A model generated the notes under the pieces. The model made no database searches, was not told the DNA's origin, and saw only the letters and a program-made list of their open reading frames with translations. Position numbers and translations under genes: made by a program. DNA of 64,000 bases from an uncultured Candidatus Saccharibacteria bacterium (GTDB lineage Bacteria > Patescibacteriota > Minisyncoccia > Phycocordibacterales > CAIZLB01), in contig CAZFOD010000001.1 of the NCBI GenBank assembly GCA_964520545.1, forward strand, positions 57,969 to 121,968, written 5' to 3'. Below, piece after piece: positions 28,236 to 38,637 of this stretch; position 1 is the first letter of the stretch, and each line of letters opens with the position of its first letter.

Positions 28236-28520
28236 ATGGCTAATAATATGAATGAATTAGAGTTACTAAGACAAAAAATCAACCAGCTAGACGCGGAATT
28301 GTTAGATTTACTGGCACTCAGGGGCGGTTTGTCCCAAGAAGTGGCTGAATATAAGGCTAAAAATAGCCTTCCTATATACCAACCACAGAGAGAAGAGGAA
28401 CTTTTCTCAAGAATAAGGACGATGGCGGCAGAAAAGGGCTTAGATCCTGACTACATTGAGTCTATCTTCAGATTAATCATCGAAAACTCAAAAAAACTCC
28501 AACTTAAAACCATTGCCTAA
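28236..28520 (+). CDS. Chorismate mutase type II (AroQ)
   Basis: LRQKINQLD..LL.LL..R......VAEYK...LPIY..QRE. Confidence 0.88.
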   Translation: MANNMNELELLRQKINQLDAELLDLLALRGGLSQEVAEYKAKNSLPIYQPQREEELFSRIRTMAAEKGLDPDYIESIFRLIIENSKKLQLKTIA

Positions 28521-28551
28521 AAGCCAATATTAAAGTGGCCTTTAAAATAAT

Positions 28552-28823
28552 TTGACATTACTAGACTATTTGCTACTATCACCAATACGCGTTTTCGCGT
28601 TTTTTTGTCAGGCATCTTGGCTCTCGTTTGGAAATACATTGAGGCGACATACATTGAGACCGGCGTGAGCCACTCTCAAACATCAAAGCCACTCTCTTTC
28701 ACAACACCGAGGACAAAGCACTGTCGACAAAATTTTATTCAAAAATAATTAAATTACGGCTTAGTTGCTAGCTATAAGGCAATCTCGCGCTCTTATAGGT
28801 GGTAACTACTCCGACCCAAACAT
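28552..28823 (+). promoter_or_regulatory. tuf promoter and long structured 5' leader
   Basis: TTGACA(28552)-16 bp-TACTAT, a leader of about 240 nt, and hairpin TAGTTGCTA-GCTATAAG...CTTATAGG-TGGTAACTA just before the ATG. Confidence 0.5.
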
Positions 28824-30023
28824 ATGGCAGAAGCAGCTGTTTTCGATCGATCAAAGCCTCACGTTAACGTGGGTACTATCGGTCACGTAGACCACGGAAA
28901 GACTACTCTTACCGCGGCTATTCTTAATGTTCTTCACCGAGCTGGTATGCAGGCAACCATCAAGGCTGTCGGCGATATCGACAAGGCTCCTGAAGAAAAG
29001 GCTCGAGGAATTACAATTTCTCTTTCACACAGCGAGTACGCTACAGCGACTCGTCACTATGCTCACATTGATGCCCCTGGTCACGCGGACTACATCAAGA
29101 ACATGATTACTGGTGCAGCTCAAATGGACGGTGCTATTCTCGTAGTAGCAGCAACAGACGGAGCAATGCCACAGACACGAGAACACGTTCTCTTGGCTAA
29201 GCAGGTTGGTGTGCCAAAGATGGTAGTTTTCCTCAACAAGTGCGATATGGTTGACGATGCTGATATGCTCGACCTTGTAGAAGCTGAAATTCGAGAACTT
29301 CTTTCAAAGAACGGTTTCGATGGCGACAACGCTCCAGTTATCCGAGGTTCAGCTCTTAAGGCTCTTGAAGCTTCAGGTGTAGACGATGAATGGTCAAAGA
29401 AGATTCTTGACCTTGTTAGCGCTCTCGACACATACATTCCAGTTCCAGTTCGAGAAACAGACAAGCCATTCCTTATGCCAATTGAAGACATCTTCTCTAT
29501 CGAAGGACGAGGTACTGTAGTAACAGGCCGAATCGAACGAGGTATCGTTAAGGTTGGTGAAGAAATCGAAATTGTAGGTCTTAAGGACACTGCAAAGACA
29601 ACTGTTACAGGTATTGAAATGTTCAACAAGCAGCTCAACGAGGGTATGGCTGGCGACAACGCTGGTATCCTTCTCCGAGGTTTGAAGAAAGAAGATCTTA
29701 CACGAGGTCAGGTTATTGCTAAGACAGGTACAGTTAAGCCACACACAGACTTCGAAGCAGAAGTGTACATCCTTAAAAAGGAAGAAGGTGGACGACACAC
29801 ACCATTCTTTACAGGTTACAAGCCACAGTTCTACGTTCGAACAACAGACGTTACTGGTGAGGTAACACTTAACGAAGGTGTTGAAATGGTTATGCCTGGT
29901 GACACTGTAACTTTCAAGGTAAAACTTACAGCTCCTATCGCTCTTGAAGACAAATTCCGATTTGCTATTCGAGAAGGTGGAAAGACAGTAGGTGCCGGTG
30001 TAGTAACTAAGATTGTTGCATAA
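28824..30023 (+). CDS. tuf: Elongation factor Tu
   Basis: [23 protein letters not shown]. Confidence 0.98.
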   Translation: MAEAAVFDRSKPHVNVGTIGHVDHGKTTLTAAILNVLHRAGMQATIKAVGDIDKAPEEKARGITISLSHSEYATATRHYAHIDAPGHADYIKNMITGAAQMDGAILVVAATDGAMPQTREHVLLAKQVGVPKMVVFLNKCDMVDDADMLDLVEAEIRELLSKNGFDGDNAPVIRGSALKALEASGVDDEWSKKILDLVSALDTYIPVPVRETDKPFLMPIEDIFSIEGRGTVVTGRIERGIVKVGEEIEIVGLKDTAKTTVTGIEMFNKQLNEGMAGDNAGILLRGLKKEDLTRGQVIAKTGTVKPHTDFEAEVYILKKEEGGRHTPFFTGYKPQFYVRTTDVTGEVTLNEGVEMVMPGDTVTFKVKLTAPIALEDKFRFAIREGGKTVGAGVVTKIVA

Positions 30024-30048
30024 ACCCCAACACTAAATTATCGCCCCT

Positions 30049-30414
30049 ATGGCAACTAAAGAAGCTCCTAAAAAGAAAACAGCGGCAAAGACAAAAGATG
30101 CAGAAGCTTCATCGAAGCTTCGTATCCGAGTCCGAGCTTATGAGTCAAAGATTCTTGACGCTTCTGTAAAGCAGATCATGGACACAGCGCTTCGTTTCGA
30201 TGCGAAGGTCCTCGGTCCTATTCCACTTCCAACTGAGATCAAGAAATATACAGTTAATCGTTCAGCTTTCGTCTACAAAAATGCGCGAGAACAATTTGAG
30301 ATGAGAGTTCACAAGCGATTGCTCGATATTATCAATCCAGGTGCCAAAGTCATTGAATCTCTTACTAATCTAAGTCTTCCATCCGGCGTCAACATTGACG
30401 TGAAAATGATGTAA
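30049..30414 (+). CDS. rpsJ: 30S ribosomal protein S10
   Basis: GPIPLPT, REQFEMRVHKRL. Confidence 0.97.
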   Translation: MATKEAPKKKTAAKTKDAEASSKLRIRVRAYESKILDASVKQIMDTALRFDAKVLGPIPLPTEIKKYTVNRSAFVYKNAREQFEMRVHKRLLDIINPGAKVIESLTNLSLPSGVNIDVKMM

Positions 30415-30451
30415 TCATTTTCAAAGAAATTATCCTACTTAATCCACGGCC

Positions 30452-31051
30452 ATGAAATTTATCCTCGGTACTAAACAGAATATGACGCAGCTCTTCGACG
30501 ACGAGGGGAAGGTTCATCCTGTAACTGTCTTGAAGACGACACCTATTGTCGTTACTCAGGTCAAGACAAAGGATAAAGATGGTTACGAAGCGATCCAGGT
30601 AGGGTATGGTGAGAAGAGTGTTAAAAGAATCAACAAGCCTCAGCTTGGTCACTACAAAGACATGGGTAACTTCCAGTACCTAAAGGAGGTGGAAGGAACT
30701 TCAGCTCTTGCCGTTGGTGAAAAGGTTGAAAGTACTCTTGAGGCGGGTGACACAGTCACTGTCTCTGCAATATCTAAAGGAAAAGGTTTCCAAGGTGTTG
30801 TTAAGCGACATGGTTTTGCCGGAGGTCCACGATCTCACGGTCAGAAACATTCAGAACGAGAACCAGGTTCTATTGGTGCCGGTGGATACCAGCGTGTATT
30901 CAAAGGACGAAGAATGGCGGGACGAACTGGTGGTGATCGAGTAACGGTCAAAAATCTAGTGGTCGTAGCATTTGATCGAGAAACAGGAGAGCTCTTCGTA
31001 CGAGGTGCTATTCCTGGACGACGTGGCACATTAGTAGAAGTGCGCGGCTAA
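30452..31051 (+). CDS. rplC: 50S ribosomal protein L3
   Basis: SKGKGFQGVVKRH, PGSIG. Confidence 0.97.
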   Translation: MKFILGTKQNMTQLFDDEGKVHPVTVLKTTPIVVTQVKTKDKDGYEAIQVGYGEKSVKRINKPQLGHYKDMGNFQYLKEVEGTSALAVGEKVESTLEAGDTVTVSAISKGKGFQGVVKRHGFAGGPRSHGQKHSEREPGSIGAGGYQRVFKGRRMAGRTGGDRVTVKNLVVVAFDRETGELFVRGAIPGRRGTLVEVRG

Positions 31052-31074
31052 TCTTCCTATCTAATCCAACTATT

Positions 31075-31824
31075 ATGGCAACAACAAAAACAACAGAAAA
31101 GAAGGTAGCTGCTAAGAAAGAAAAAGTAGCAAAGGCTCCAAAGGCTACATCAGCTGACGCACTCGAGGCTAAGGTCTACGCTATTGATGGAAAATCAGCC
31201 GGAACAGTTTCACTTCCTACAGAGATCTTCGGACTAAATTGGAACGCTGACCTTGTTCATCAGGTAGTTACTTCAATGCGAACTGACGCTCGAACTCCTG
31301 TTGCTCACGCAAAGGACCGAGGTGATATTCGTGGAGGAGGTAAGAAGCCTTGGAAGCAAAAGGGAACAGGACGAGCTCGACACGGTTCATCACGATCTCC
31401 GATCTGGGTTGGTGGAGGTGTTGCGCACGGTCCTACTAACGAGCGAAATTTTGATCGAAAGATTAATAAGAAAGCAAAAGTGAAGGCTATCTTCACTATC
31501 CTTTCTCGAAAGTTCCGAGATGGAGAAGTTCTCTTCGTAAAAGAATTAGCACTTGCTGCTCCTAAAACTATTGATGCTAAGGCCGCTCTCCTTCAGATCG
31601 CTACTGCTTCTGGCGTTGAGATGCTCGCTAAGCGAAGAAACAATGCCGCATTCATCGTGTCTCCTGTTGTTGAAACAAACGCAAAGCGTGGTTTCCAGAA
31701 TATGAGTAACCTAGAGGTAAGCGAACTTCGAAATATTAACCCGCTTGCACTTCTACAGTACAAGTATGTATTGATTGCTTCTCCTGAAGCATCAATCGAT
31801 GTGCTTAAGGCTAAGATGAAATAA
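31075..31824 (+). CDS. rplD: 50S ribosomal protein L4
   Basis: KKPWKQKGTGRARHGS. Confidence 0.97.
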   Translation: MATTKTTEKKVAAKKEKVAKAPKATSADALEAKVYAIDGKSAGTVSLPTEIFGLNWNADLVHQVVTSMRTDARTPVAHAKDRGDIRGGGKKPWKQKGTGRARHGSSRSPIWVGGGVAHGPTNERNFDRKINKKAKVKAIFTILSRKFRDGEVLFVKELALAAPKTIDAKAALLQIATASGVEMLAKRRNNAAFIVSPVVETNAKRGFQNMSNLEVSELRNINPLALLQYKYVLIASPEASIDVLKAKMK

Positions 31825-31849
31825 TTGCTGCAATATATAACGAACTATC

Positions 31850-32143
31850 ATGACAATTTCAACACAAAAACACAGCAATCAGGTCATCAAGAAGCCTCGC
31901 ATCACTGAGAAGGCTACGCTTTTAACTGATAAGAATCAGTATGTATTCGTAGTAGAGTCAGATGCTACAAAAGCGTCTGTTGCAAAAGCCATTGAACAGC
32001 TTTACAAAGTTAAGCCTGTCAGTGTAAACATGGTTAGAATTCCTGCAAAGAAAGTAATCGTTCGAGGCCGACAGGGAACAAAGTCAGCGATTAAGAAAGC
32101 ATACGTCTTTCTTAAAAAGGGCGATAAGATTGAGCTCGCGTAA
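31850..32143 (+). CDS. rplW: 50S ribosomal protein L23
   Basis: PRITEKA, KKAYVFL. Confidence 0.96.
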   Translation: MTISTQKHSNQVIKKPRITEKATLLTDKNQYVFVVESDATKASVAKAIEQLYKVKPVSVNMVRIPAKKVIVRGRQGTKSAIKKAYVFLKKGDKIELA

Positions 32144-32154
32144 ACCACACATAT

Positions 32155-32997
32155 ATGAAACGATATAAACCAACAAGCAAGTCACGAAGAAATATGATCA
32201 CCATCTCATACCGAGGTGTGATTACGACTAACGAGCCATACAAGCCTCTTACACATGGTTTTCAGCGATCAGTTGGACGAAACAACACTGGACGCATCAC
32301 CACTCGTCACAAGGGTGCTGGTAACAAACGAATGTATCGAGATATCGACTTTGTTTATGACAAAAAGGATATTCCTGCAAAGATTGTTAGCGTTGAATAC
32401 GATCCAAACCGAACAGCTTTCATTTCTTTGGTAAACTATGCTGATGGTGAAAAGCGATATGTAGTTCTCCCTAAGTCACTTAAGGTCGGTGATACATTTA
32501 TTGTCGGAGAAAAGGTAGAGATTAAGGCTGGTAACCGACTTCCTCTCCGAAACATCCCTGTAGGAACATTTATTTACAACATCGAGGTTAAACCTCTAGG
32601 TGGCGCTAAGCTCGCTCGATCAGCTGGAAACTATGCTGAAGTAGTAGCTCAGGACGAAGGCTTTACTCAGATTAAGATGCCTTCAACAGAAATACGAAAG
32701 ATAAAAGATACTGCATGGGCGTCAGTCGGTGAAGTTTCTAATGATGAGAACAGACTCCAGGCGTATGGTAAAGCTGGACGAAGTCGATGGAAGGGTATTC
32801 GACCAACTGTCCGAGGTACTGCTCAGAACCCAGTGGATCACCCACACGGAGGAGGAGAAGGCCGACAAGGACGAGGACGACGACGAGCAATCTCAGTTTA
32901 CGGAAAGCCTACTGGAAAGGGTCAGAAGTCTCGAACACCAAAGAAATATTCAAACAAGCTCATTGTCTCACGACGAAGAGTTGGAAAGGCAAGATAG
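32155..32997 (+). CDS. rplB: 50S ribosomal protein L2
   Basis: EYDPNRTA, NPVDHPHGGGEG. Confidence 0.98.
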   Translation: MKRYKPTSKSRRNMITISYRGVITTNEPYKPLTHGFQRSVGRNNTGRITTRHKGAGNKRMYRDIDFVYDKKDIPAKIVSVEYDPNRTAFISLVNYADGEKRYVVLPKSLKVGDTFIVGEKVEIKAGNRLPLRNIPVGTFIYNIEVKPLGGAKLARSAGNYAEVVAQDEGFTQIKMPSTEIRKIKDTAWASVGEVSNDENRLQAYGKAGRSRWKGIRPTVRGTAQNPVDHPHGGGEGRQGRGRRRAISVYGKPTGKGQKSRTPKKYSNKLIVSRRRVGKAR

Positions 32998-33001
32998 TTT
33001 C

Positions 33002-33032
33002 AAAAAGGCCCCCACAAGGGGCTTTTTTGTTT
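33002..33032 (+). terminator. Intrinsic terminator after rplB
   Basis: AAAAAGGCCCC-ACAA-GGGGCTTTTT. Confidence 0.7.
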
Positions 33033-33087
33033 CTTGTGACTTTCTGTGTTCACATTGTGTTGCACCGTGATAGAATTATTCATACAG

Positions 33088-33954
33088 ATGAATAAGAATA
33101 TTCTTGTTAAAACAATCTTGGTATTTTCAGGGATCGTCCTCCTTTCTTCAGCAGGGTATCAGGCCGCAAAAGGATATTCGAATCTTTTCCCTCCAGGGTT
33201 TATTGAGACTCTTCCGCCAATCCCAACTAATGATGAGATGAAGGATGAAAAGGATAAGAACAAGAAGAAGCCTCCTTTTAAAAAGACAAAACCTGCTTTG
33301 CGTGAGGATGAGGGAAAAATTACTGAAGACGAAAACTTCTCTGAAGAGAATAACCCAGCTCCTACAGAAGCTGAAAAGAAAGCTTTAGAAGACGCTTTGA
33401 ATGGCGGTGAAGACAAGGGAGGAGGTGGTGGTCAAGAGAAAAAGAATGACCCTAATAACCCCCCGGTACAAAAAGAGGAACCACCAAAGAAGAATTTTCC
33501 TCCTGAGAAGGATATAACAAAAGGGGGTAGTAAGAATGCTCGCGGTACTTCAAACCCAAAAAATCAGGGCGGTACACCTATTCCAAATACGCAAGTTCAT
33601 TTCTATTCATCAACGGAATCAGTTAATGATCCTGGCTCTAGGGCATCTAAAGGTGAGGGGAATAGATCTCTGACTCCTTTGGGTGCAGAAGGGAACGGGC
33701 CAGTATCGGCTGCTTCTAGCTACTACAAGCCAGGAACCAGGGGTACTATCGACATTAACGGTAAGAGGGTGGCATTTGAGGTGAGGGATAGCAATATTAG
33801 CCCTAAAACTGGTCGACCTGTAAACGACAGAATTAACAAGCCAAATTCAATCGAGATCTTCACGAGCCAGAAAAATCCCGGAAGTGGCTTAAGGACGTCG
33901 GGAAACATGACGATTACTCATAACGCAGGGGTTCGCCCGAATTATAGAAGATAA
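33088..33954 (+). CDS. Exported protein with a low-complexity linker and a C-terminal 3D/RlpA-like domain (tentative)
   Basis: N-terminal TM/signal and K/E/P-rich linker. The C-terminal SAAS.YYKPGT...FEVRD...IEIF resembles the 3D-domain pattern. Confidence 0.55.
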   Translation: MNKNILVKTILVFSGIVLLSSAGYQAAKGYSNLFPPGFIETLPPIPTNDEMKDEKDKNKKKPPFKKTKPALREDEGKITEDENFSEENNPAPTEAEKKALEDALNGGEDKGGGGGQEKKNDPNNPPVQKEEPPKKNFPPEKDITKGGSKNARGTSNPKNQGGTPIPNTQVHFYSSTESVNDPGSRASKGEGNRSLTPLGAEGNGPVSAASSYYKPGTRGTIDINGKRVAFEVRDSNISPKTGRPVNDRINKPNSIEIFTSQKNPGSGLRTSGNMTITHNAGVRPNYRR

Positions 33955-33958
33955 ATAT

Positions 33959-34648
33959 ATGACTATATATCAAAAGATATTTGCAGGGTTAGTAGGTGCT
34001 GTCCTCACTGTGGTTCTAATTATTGGCGCCCTATTTGTCTTGAATTCATATTTGGGGTTGAAATTAGAATATTCATGGACTCCTGATCACTCTAAGATTG
34101 AAACACCTTCACAAATATACGCGAAAGTAATTGAAGACCTTTCTCCAGAGGTAAACGGTACAACTACGGACTATGTTTTGAAATTTTATAACGGCGAGAA
34201 CGCTATAAGTAGCTACATTGCTGTACCTGTAGAAAGTTTGGTCGCAACAGGCGATGGAAAATTAGCCATCGCAATATATGACGGTAGTAGCGAGGAAAAT
34301 TTAAAGGCCACTTATATCGCTGAAGTAATTGAAGACGAGTCTGCGATGAGCGCGGCTAATAATAATCGTCGTCCACCATTTATCGGACCGATTGTGCCTA
34401 ATGGGGAAGTTTGTTTCTACAATAACGATTCAAAGATAGAAGAATGTGATAAGCGATACAGGTACACAATAGATTGGAGTCCTGACAATGATGATATTTT
34501 TCCGCCATGGCAAGAAGCTGAAGCGTTGGGACCTCTGTTATATATGGATGAATTTGCAGATACAGATGTGTATGTTCGCAAACACATCCCAATTGATATT
34601 CGTTTGATACCAGAAAGTGCCACCACTTTTACATTCGGTAGGCAATAA
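33959..34648 (+). CDS. Membrane-anchored acidic hypothetical protein
   Basis: N-terminal TM helix; follows the previous ORF by 4 nt. Confidence 0.7.
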   Translation: MTIYQKIFAGLVGAVLTVVLIIGALFVLNSYLGLKLEYSWTPDHSKIETPSQIYAKVIEDLSPEVNGTTTDYVLKFYNGENAISSYIAVPVESLVATGDGKLAIAIYDGSSEENLKATYIAEVIEDESAMSAANNNRRPPFIGPIVPNGEVCFYNNDSKIEECDKRYRYTIDWSPDNDDIFPPWQEAEALGPLLYMDEFADTDVYVRKHIPIDIRLIPESATTFTFGRQ

Positions 34649-34810
34649 TACGGCTATACAGAGCCATATATGCAGGGCAAAGCCTTAATTGACTTTTCTC
34701 GGTAAATGGTGTATAGTTATGACTAGGAATAGATAGATTCTTTGAAAGAGAACTTTTTTTAACACTGTTGATTTGACTGATTTACTCAGACAAATCTGAT
34801 CAATAGTGTT

Positions 34811-35251
34811 ATGAAAAGAACCACCCAAAATACAGTGGCCACCTTTCGTGGCCTCATGGCGATTCTCATCGCCTTCGTTGTTATCGCAACCCCTTCAACT
34901 GGGTGTGCGAAAGAAAAAAACAAAAACCCTACAACCCTTGGTAACCTTGGCAGTGTCAACATTTACCGCATTGAGTCAGTAGTGCGGGAAGATGAAAACG
35001 GGGCAACCATTACCTACGTAACGCTTCAAGCAAACGGGTCATGGTCCAAGGAGCTGAAGAAAAGCGATGTCCCCTACGTTCAACACTTCAAGGGGCAGTA
35101 CTTCTCGGGAGTGAGCGCTCCCGAGGGGCTCATTACCCTGATGTTCTTCTCGGAGAACGACTCCAGTGCCTGTGACGCCGCCCTAAAGCAACGTCCTGAC
35201 AAGGGGGAAACGGTGCTCTGGATTCGGAAGGCCCTGATAAGCTCGAACTGA
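34811..35251 (+). CDS. Exported hypothetical protein
   Basis: Signal-like N-terminus, own promoter TTGACT-17-TATAGT near 34689, and a terminator at about 35308-35338. Confidence 0.65.
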   Translation: MKRTTQNTVATFRGLMAILIAFVVIATPSTGCAKEKNKNPTTLGNLGSVNIYRIESVVREDENGATITYVTLQANGSWSKELKKSDVPYVQHFKGQYFSGVSAPEGLITLMFFSENDSSACDAALKQRPDKGETVLWIRKALISSN

Positions 35252-35345
35252 CGGGAATCCTTCAAGGAAATACACGATTGGCGGGGTTTAACCCCCTTCA
35301 GTTGTAAGGCGCGCAACCACCCCTGGTTGCGCGTTTTTCTTATAT

Positions 35346-35506
35346 TTGACAGGGTATTTTTTTCTGATAGTATACGAGGACAAGCTCTGTTGGGGCTATT
35401 ATTTTTCGCCAACGCGAAGGATAAACGAAAATACCAACAGAGAAGCGTCTCAAACCCGCTTTCCTAGGTTCCTCACGGAATCCGGTGACTTCGAAGACAC
35501 ACCAAC
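35346..35506 (+). promoter_or_regulatory. Promoter and structured leader re-initiating the S10 cluster at rpsS
   Basis: TTGACA(35346)-16 bp-TAGTAT, followed by stem CTCTGTTGG...CCAACAGAG. Confidence 0.5.
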
Positions 35507-35854
35507 ATGACACGATCACTAAAGAAAGGACCATACGTTGAAGAGAAGCTCTTGAAGAAAATCGAGGGCAAAAAACCCACAGATACTGGGGTTATTAAGA
35601 CATGGTACCGACGAAGCCAGATCTCTCCGGAGATGGTAGGTTTCATTTTTGGTGTTCACAACGGTCGACAGCATGTTGAAGTACTTGTCTCAGAAGAAAT
35701 GGTAGGTCACCGACTTGGAGAATTCTCACCTACACGAAAGTTCATCCGACACGGAGGTAAGATGCAGAAAGAGCTCGATCAGGCTAAGAAAGACTCTGAA
35801 ATCGCATCAGCTAAGGCTGCAAAGACAGCCACAGATGCCGCTCCAAAGAAATAA
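35507..35854 (+). CDS. rpsS: 30S ribosomal protein S19
   Basis: [20 protein letters not shown]. Confidence 0.98.
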   Translation: MTRSLKKGPYVEEKLLKKIEGKKPTDTGVIKTWYRRSQISPEMVGFIFGVHNGRQHVEVLVSEEMVGHRLGEFSPTRKFIRHGGKMQKELDQAKKDSEIASAKAAKTATDAAPKK

Positions 35855-35869
35855 TTTTAATATTTGACC

Positions 35870-36244
35870 ATGAAAGCCGCGCTTAATAACTACCGACAGT
35901 CTCCTCGAAAGGTCCGCCGTGTTGCCGATCTTATGCGTGGTAAGTCAACGGCAGAAGCGCTTAAAACGCTTACTTTTACTACAAAGCGATCTATTTCACC
36001 TTTGAAGAAGCTTCTCGAAAGCGCTATTGCTAATGCAAAGAACGCCGGTATCGAGACAGAGAATCTTATTGTTAAAGAAGTACAGGTTAACAGCGGTGTG
36101 ACTCTCAAGCGAATCATGCCTCGAGCGATGGGTTCTGCTTCTCGAATTAACAAGCGATCAAGCCACATCACAATTGTTCTTGGCGAGAAAGCTGCAAAGA
36201 AGTCGAAGAAAAAGGTGGCTCCTAAGAAAATAACACAGAAATAA
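35870..36244 (+). CDS. rplV: 50S ribosomal protein L22
   Basis: SPRKVRRVADL, SAIANA, PRAMG. Confidence 0.97.
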   Translation: MKAALNNYRQSPRKVRRVADLMRGKSTAEALKTLTFTTKRSISPLKKLLESAIANAKNAGIETENLIVKEVQVNSGVTLKRIMPRAMGSASRINKRSSHITIVLGEKAAKKSKKKVAPKKITQK

Positions 36245-36245
36245 C

Positions 36246-36971
36246 ATGACACATCGCGTACATCCATTTGCACATCGATTGGGAATCATCAGAGACTGGA
36301 AGTCTCGAGGTTTCGCGATGCACAGCAAATATCGAAACAACCTTAAGACGGACATTCTCCTCCGAGAATGGCTCGAAAAGAAGTTGCGAGGTATGTACGT
36401 AGCTGATATTGAGACAGAGCGTAATGCTAAGTCTCTTCGTGTCATCATTAAGACATCTCGACCAGGTATGATCATTGGCCGAAGTGGTGAGGGTGCTACA
36501 AAACTCAAGAATGATATCGCTGCATTCGTTACAGATATCAAGAACAAATCTATCAAGCAGATTCAGATTAAATACAAGAACGATCCTGAAACTATCAAAT
36601 CTAAGATTGCTGAATTGCAGTCTGATATCAAGGTAGAAATTGATGAGGTTAAGTCTCCTGAATCAAGTTCTGCAATTGTCGCTCAGATGATTTCTGAGGG
36701 TCTTGAAAAGCGTATGCCTTTCCGACGAGTCATGAAGCAGATGGTAGATAAGGTTATGGCGTGCCGCGATGTGAAAGGGGTTCGACTCTTTCTTTCAGGA
36801 CGACTTGGCGGAGCTGAAATGGCTCGACGTGAAGATCTTAAGAAGGGACAGATTCCTCTTCAGACTTTCCGTGCTGATATCGATTACAAACACTACGAAG
36901 CTAATTTGCCTTACGGTAATATTGGTATCAAAGTGTGGATATATAAGGGCGATATCTTTGCAAAAAAATAA
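36246..36971 (+). CDS. rpsC: 30S ribosomal protein S3
   Basis: RPGMIIG, GRLGGAEMAR, GIKVWI. Confidence 0.97.
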   Translation: MTHRVHPFAHRLGIIRDWKSRGFAMHSKYRNNLKTDILLREWLEKKLRGMYVADIETERNAKSLRVIIKTSRPGMIIGRSGEGATKLKNDIAAFVTDIKNKSIKQIQIKYKNDPETIKSKIAELQSDIKVEIDEVKSPESSSAIVAQMISEGLEKRMPFRRVMKQMVDKVMACRDVKGVRLFLSGRLGGAEMARREDLKKGQIPLQTFRADIDYKHYEANLPYGNIGIKVWIYKGDIFAKK

Positions 36972-36997
36972 TTTATCTGTAGTCTAACGAAACCACC

Positions 36998-37423
36998 ATG
37001 CTTCTTCCTAAGAAAGTAAAACACCGAAAATGGCAGACTTCCCGGGTAAACCCGAAGAAGATTGGCGTTGAGACACGAGGTATTCATCTTAACTTCGGTT
37101 CATTCGGTATTAAAGCTACAAGCGCTTTCCGTATTACATCGAACCAGATTGAATCTGCTCGAAAGGTAATTGCTCGATCATCAGGTAAAACTGGCCGTAT
37201 CTGGATCCGAATCTTCCCTGATCGTCCTTGGACACAGAAAGCTGCGGAAGTAGGTATGGGTAAGGGAAAGGGAGATCCTCAGGGATATTGCGTCGAGGTT
37301 AAGCCTGGACGAATCATCTTCGAAGTTGACGGTATTGATGAGGTTACAGCTAGAGAAGCTCTTAGAAAGGCGGGCAGCAAGCTTCCTATCAAGACTCGAA
37401 TCGTTACTCGACACGACGCATAA
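36998..37423 (+). CDS. rplP: 50S ribosomal protein L16
   Basis: WIRIFPD, MGKGKG. Confidence 0.97.
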   Translation: MLLPKKVKHRKWQTSRVNPKKIGVETRGIHLNFGSFGIKATSAFRITSNQIESARKVIARSSGKTGRIWIRIFPDRPWTQKAAEVGMGKGKGDPQGYCVEVKPGRIIFEVDGIDEVTAREALRKAGSKLPIKTRIVTRHDA

Positions 37424-37438
37424 ATTTAAATACACACC

Positions 37439-37639
37439 ATGTCTGAATTCAAAGATAAAAATCCAAAAGACCTCATGAAAGCGCTTACTGAAAAGAGAAA
37501 TGCGCTCCAGGATTTTCGATTTGGTATATCAGGTGGAAAGGCAAAGAACGTAAAGGAGGGTTCAATCCTTCGAAAGGACATTGCTCGAATCCTTACTGAA
37601 TTGAATGCGCAGGCAAAGACAGTAAAAGCAGCTAAATAA
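37439..37639 (+). CDS. rpmC: 50S ribosomal protein L29
   Basis: [10 protein letters not shown] motif and gene position. Confidence 0.93.
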   Translation: MSEFKDKNPKDLMKALTEKRNALQDFRFGISGGKAKNVKEGSILRKDIARILTELNAQAKTVKAAK

Positions 37640-37653
37640 TTAATAAAAAAGTC

Positions 37654-37911
37654 ATGACTACCACATCAACAACTAAGACGGCATCAAAGAAGCGAGTACT
37701 CTCGGGTGTGGTCGTTTCTGACAAGATGAAGGACACAATTGTCGTATCAGTAGATCGATACGTAAAGGTTCCTAAGTACAACAAATATATTACTCGATCA
37801 AAGAAGTTCAAGGCACATGATGCTGGAAACACAAAGAAGATCGGTGATAAGGTCGACATTCAGGAATGTGCTCCTATTTCTAAAGATAAGCACTTTACGC
37901 TTCTAAAGTAA
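37654..37911 (+). CDS. rpsQ: 30S ribosomal protein S17
   Basis: [17 protein letters not shown]. Confidence 0.96.
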   Translation: MTTTSTTKTASKKRVLSGVVVSDKMKDTIVVSVDRYVKVPKYNKYITRSKKFKAHDAGNTKKIGDKVDIQECAPISKDKHFTLLK

Positions 37912-37921
37912 TTTTACTACC

Positions 37922-38293
37922 ATGTTACAACCACGCTCAATCGTAAACGTCGCAGACAACACAGGTGCAAAGCTTGTGCGAGTCTTTAAAATCCTCGGTT
38001 CTTCAAAGAAGCGAACTGCAGAAATCGGTGACATCATCGTTGTTTCTGTTCAGAAGGCTGAGCCACGAAAGGCTGTAAAGAAAAAGGATGTACTCCAGGC
38101 TGTCGTTGTAAGACAGCGAAAGGCATTCCGACGAAAGGACGGATCTTATGTTCGATTCGACGAAAATGCAGTAGTTATCCTAGATAAGGGAAAGAAGGAG
38201 CCATTGGCAGGTCGTATCTTCGGACCAATTCCTCGAGAAATCTCGGAGAAGGGTTTCCAGACAATCGCGTCACGTGCGCCTGAAATCGTTTAA
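37922..38293 (+). CDS. rplN: 50S ribosomal protein L14
   Basis: VADNTGA, RFDENAVV, RIFGPI. Confidence 0.97.
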   Translation: MLQPRSIVNVADNTGAKLVRVFKILGSSKKRTAEIGDIIVVSVQKAEPRKAVKKKDVLQAVVVRQRKAFRRKDGSYVRFDENAVVILDKGKKEPLAGRIFGPIPREISEKGFQTIASRAPEIV

Positions 38294-38320
38294 TATTGTC
38301 GCATATATAAATATACTTTT

Positions 38321-38620
38321 ATGAAAATCAAAAAAGGAGACAATATCATAGTGATCGCTGGAAAAGACAAGGGCCTTACAGCCAAGGTTATCAAGGCTAT
38401 GCCTAAAGATGACATGGTGCTTGTCGAAGGAGCTAATATGCGAAAGCGACATAAGCGATCAAACAAGCAGGGAGGTAAGGGTCAGATTGTTGACTTCGCT
38501 ACACCTATTCACGCTTCTAACGTTATGCTCGTAGAAGGAGGAAAGCGGACTCGAGTAGGAAAGAAGCTTGTTGGCGAGAAGTATGTTCGAATCAGCCGTA
38601 AGTCTGGAAAAACTCTCTAA
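38321..38620 (+). CDS. rplX: 50S ribosomal protein L24
   Basis: KKGD..VIAGKDKG, IHASNV. Confidence 0.97.
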   Translation: MKIKKGDNIIVIAGKDKGLTAKVIKAMPKDDMVLVEGANMRKRHKRSNKQGGKGQIVDFATPIHASNVMLVEGGKRTRVGKKLVGEKYVRISRKSGKTL

Positions 38621-38637
38621 TCCTTTAAAGAAATTTT

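Noticed and set aside
29120-29659. Long antisense ORFs over tuf, fusA and r-protein genes
   Set aside because: Shadow frames caused by codon bias of highly expressed genes.
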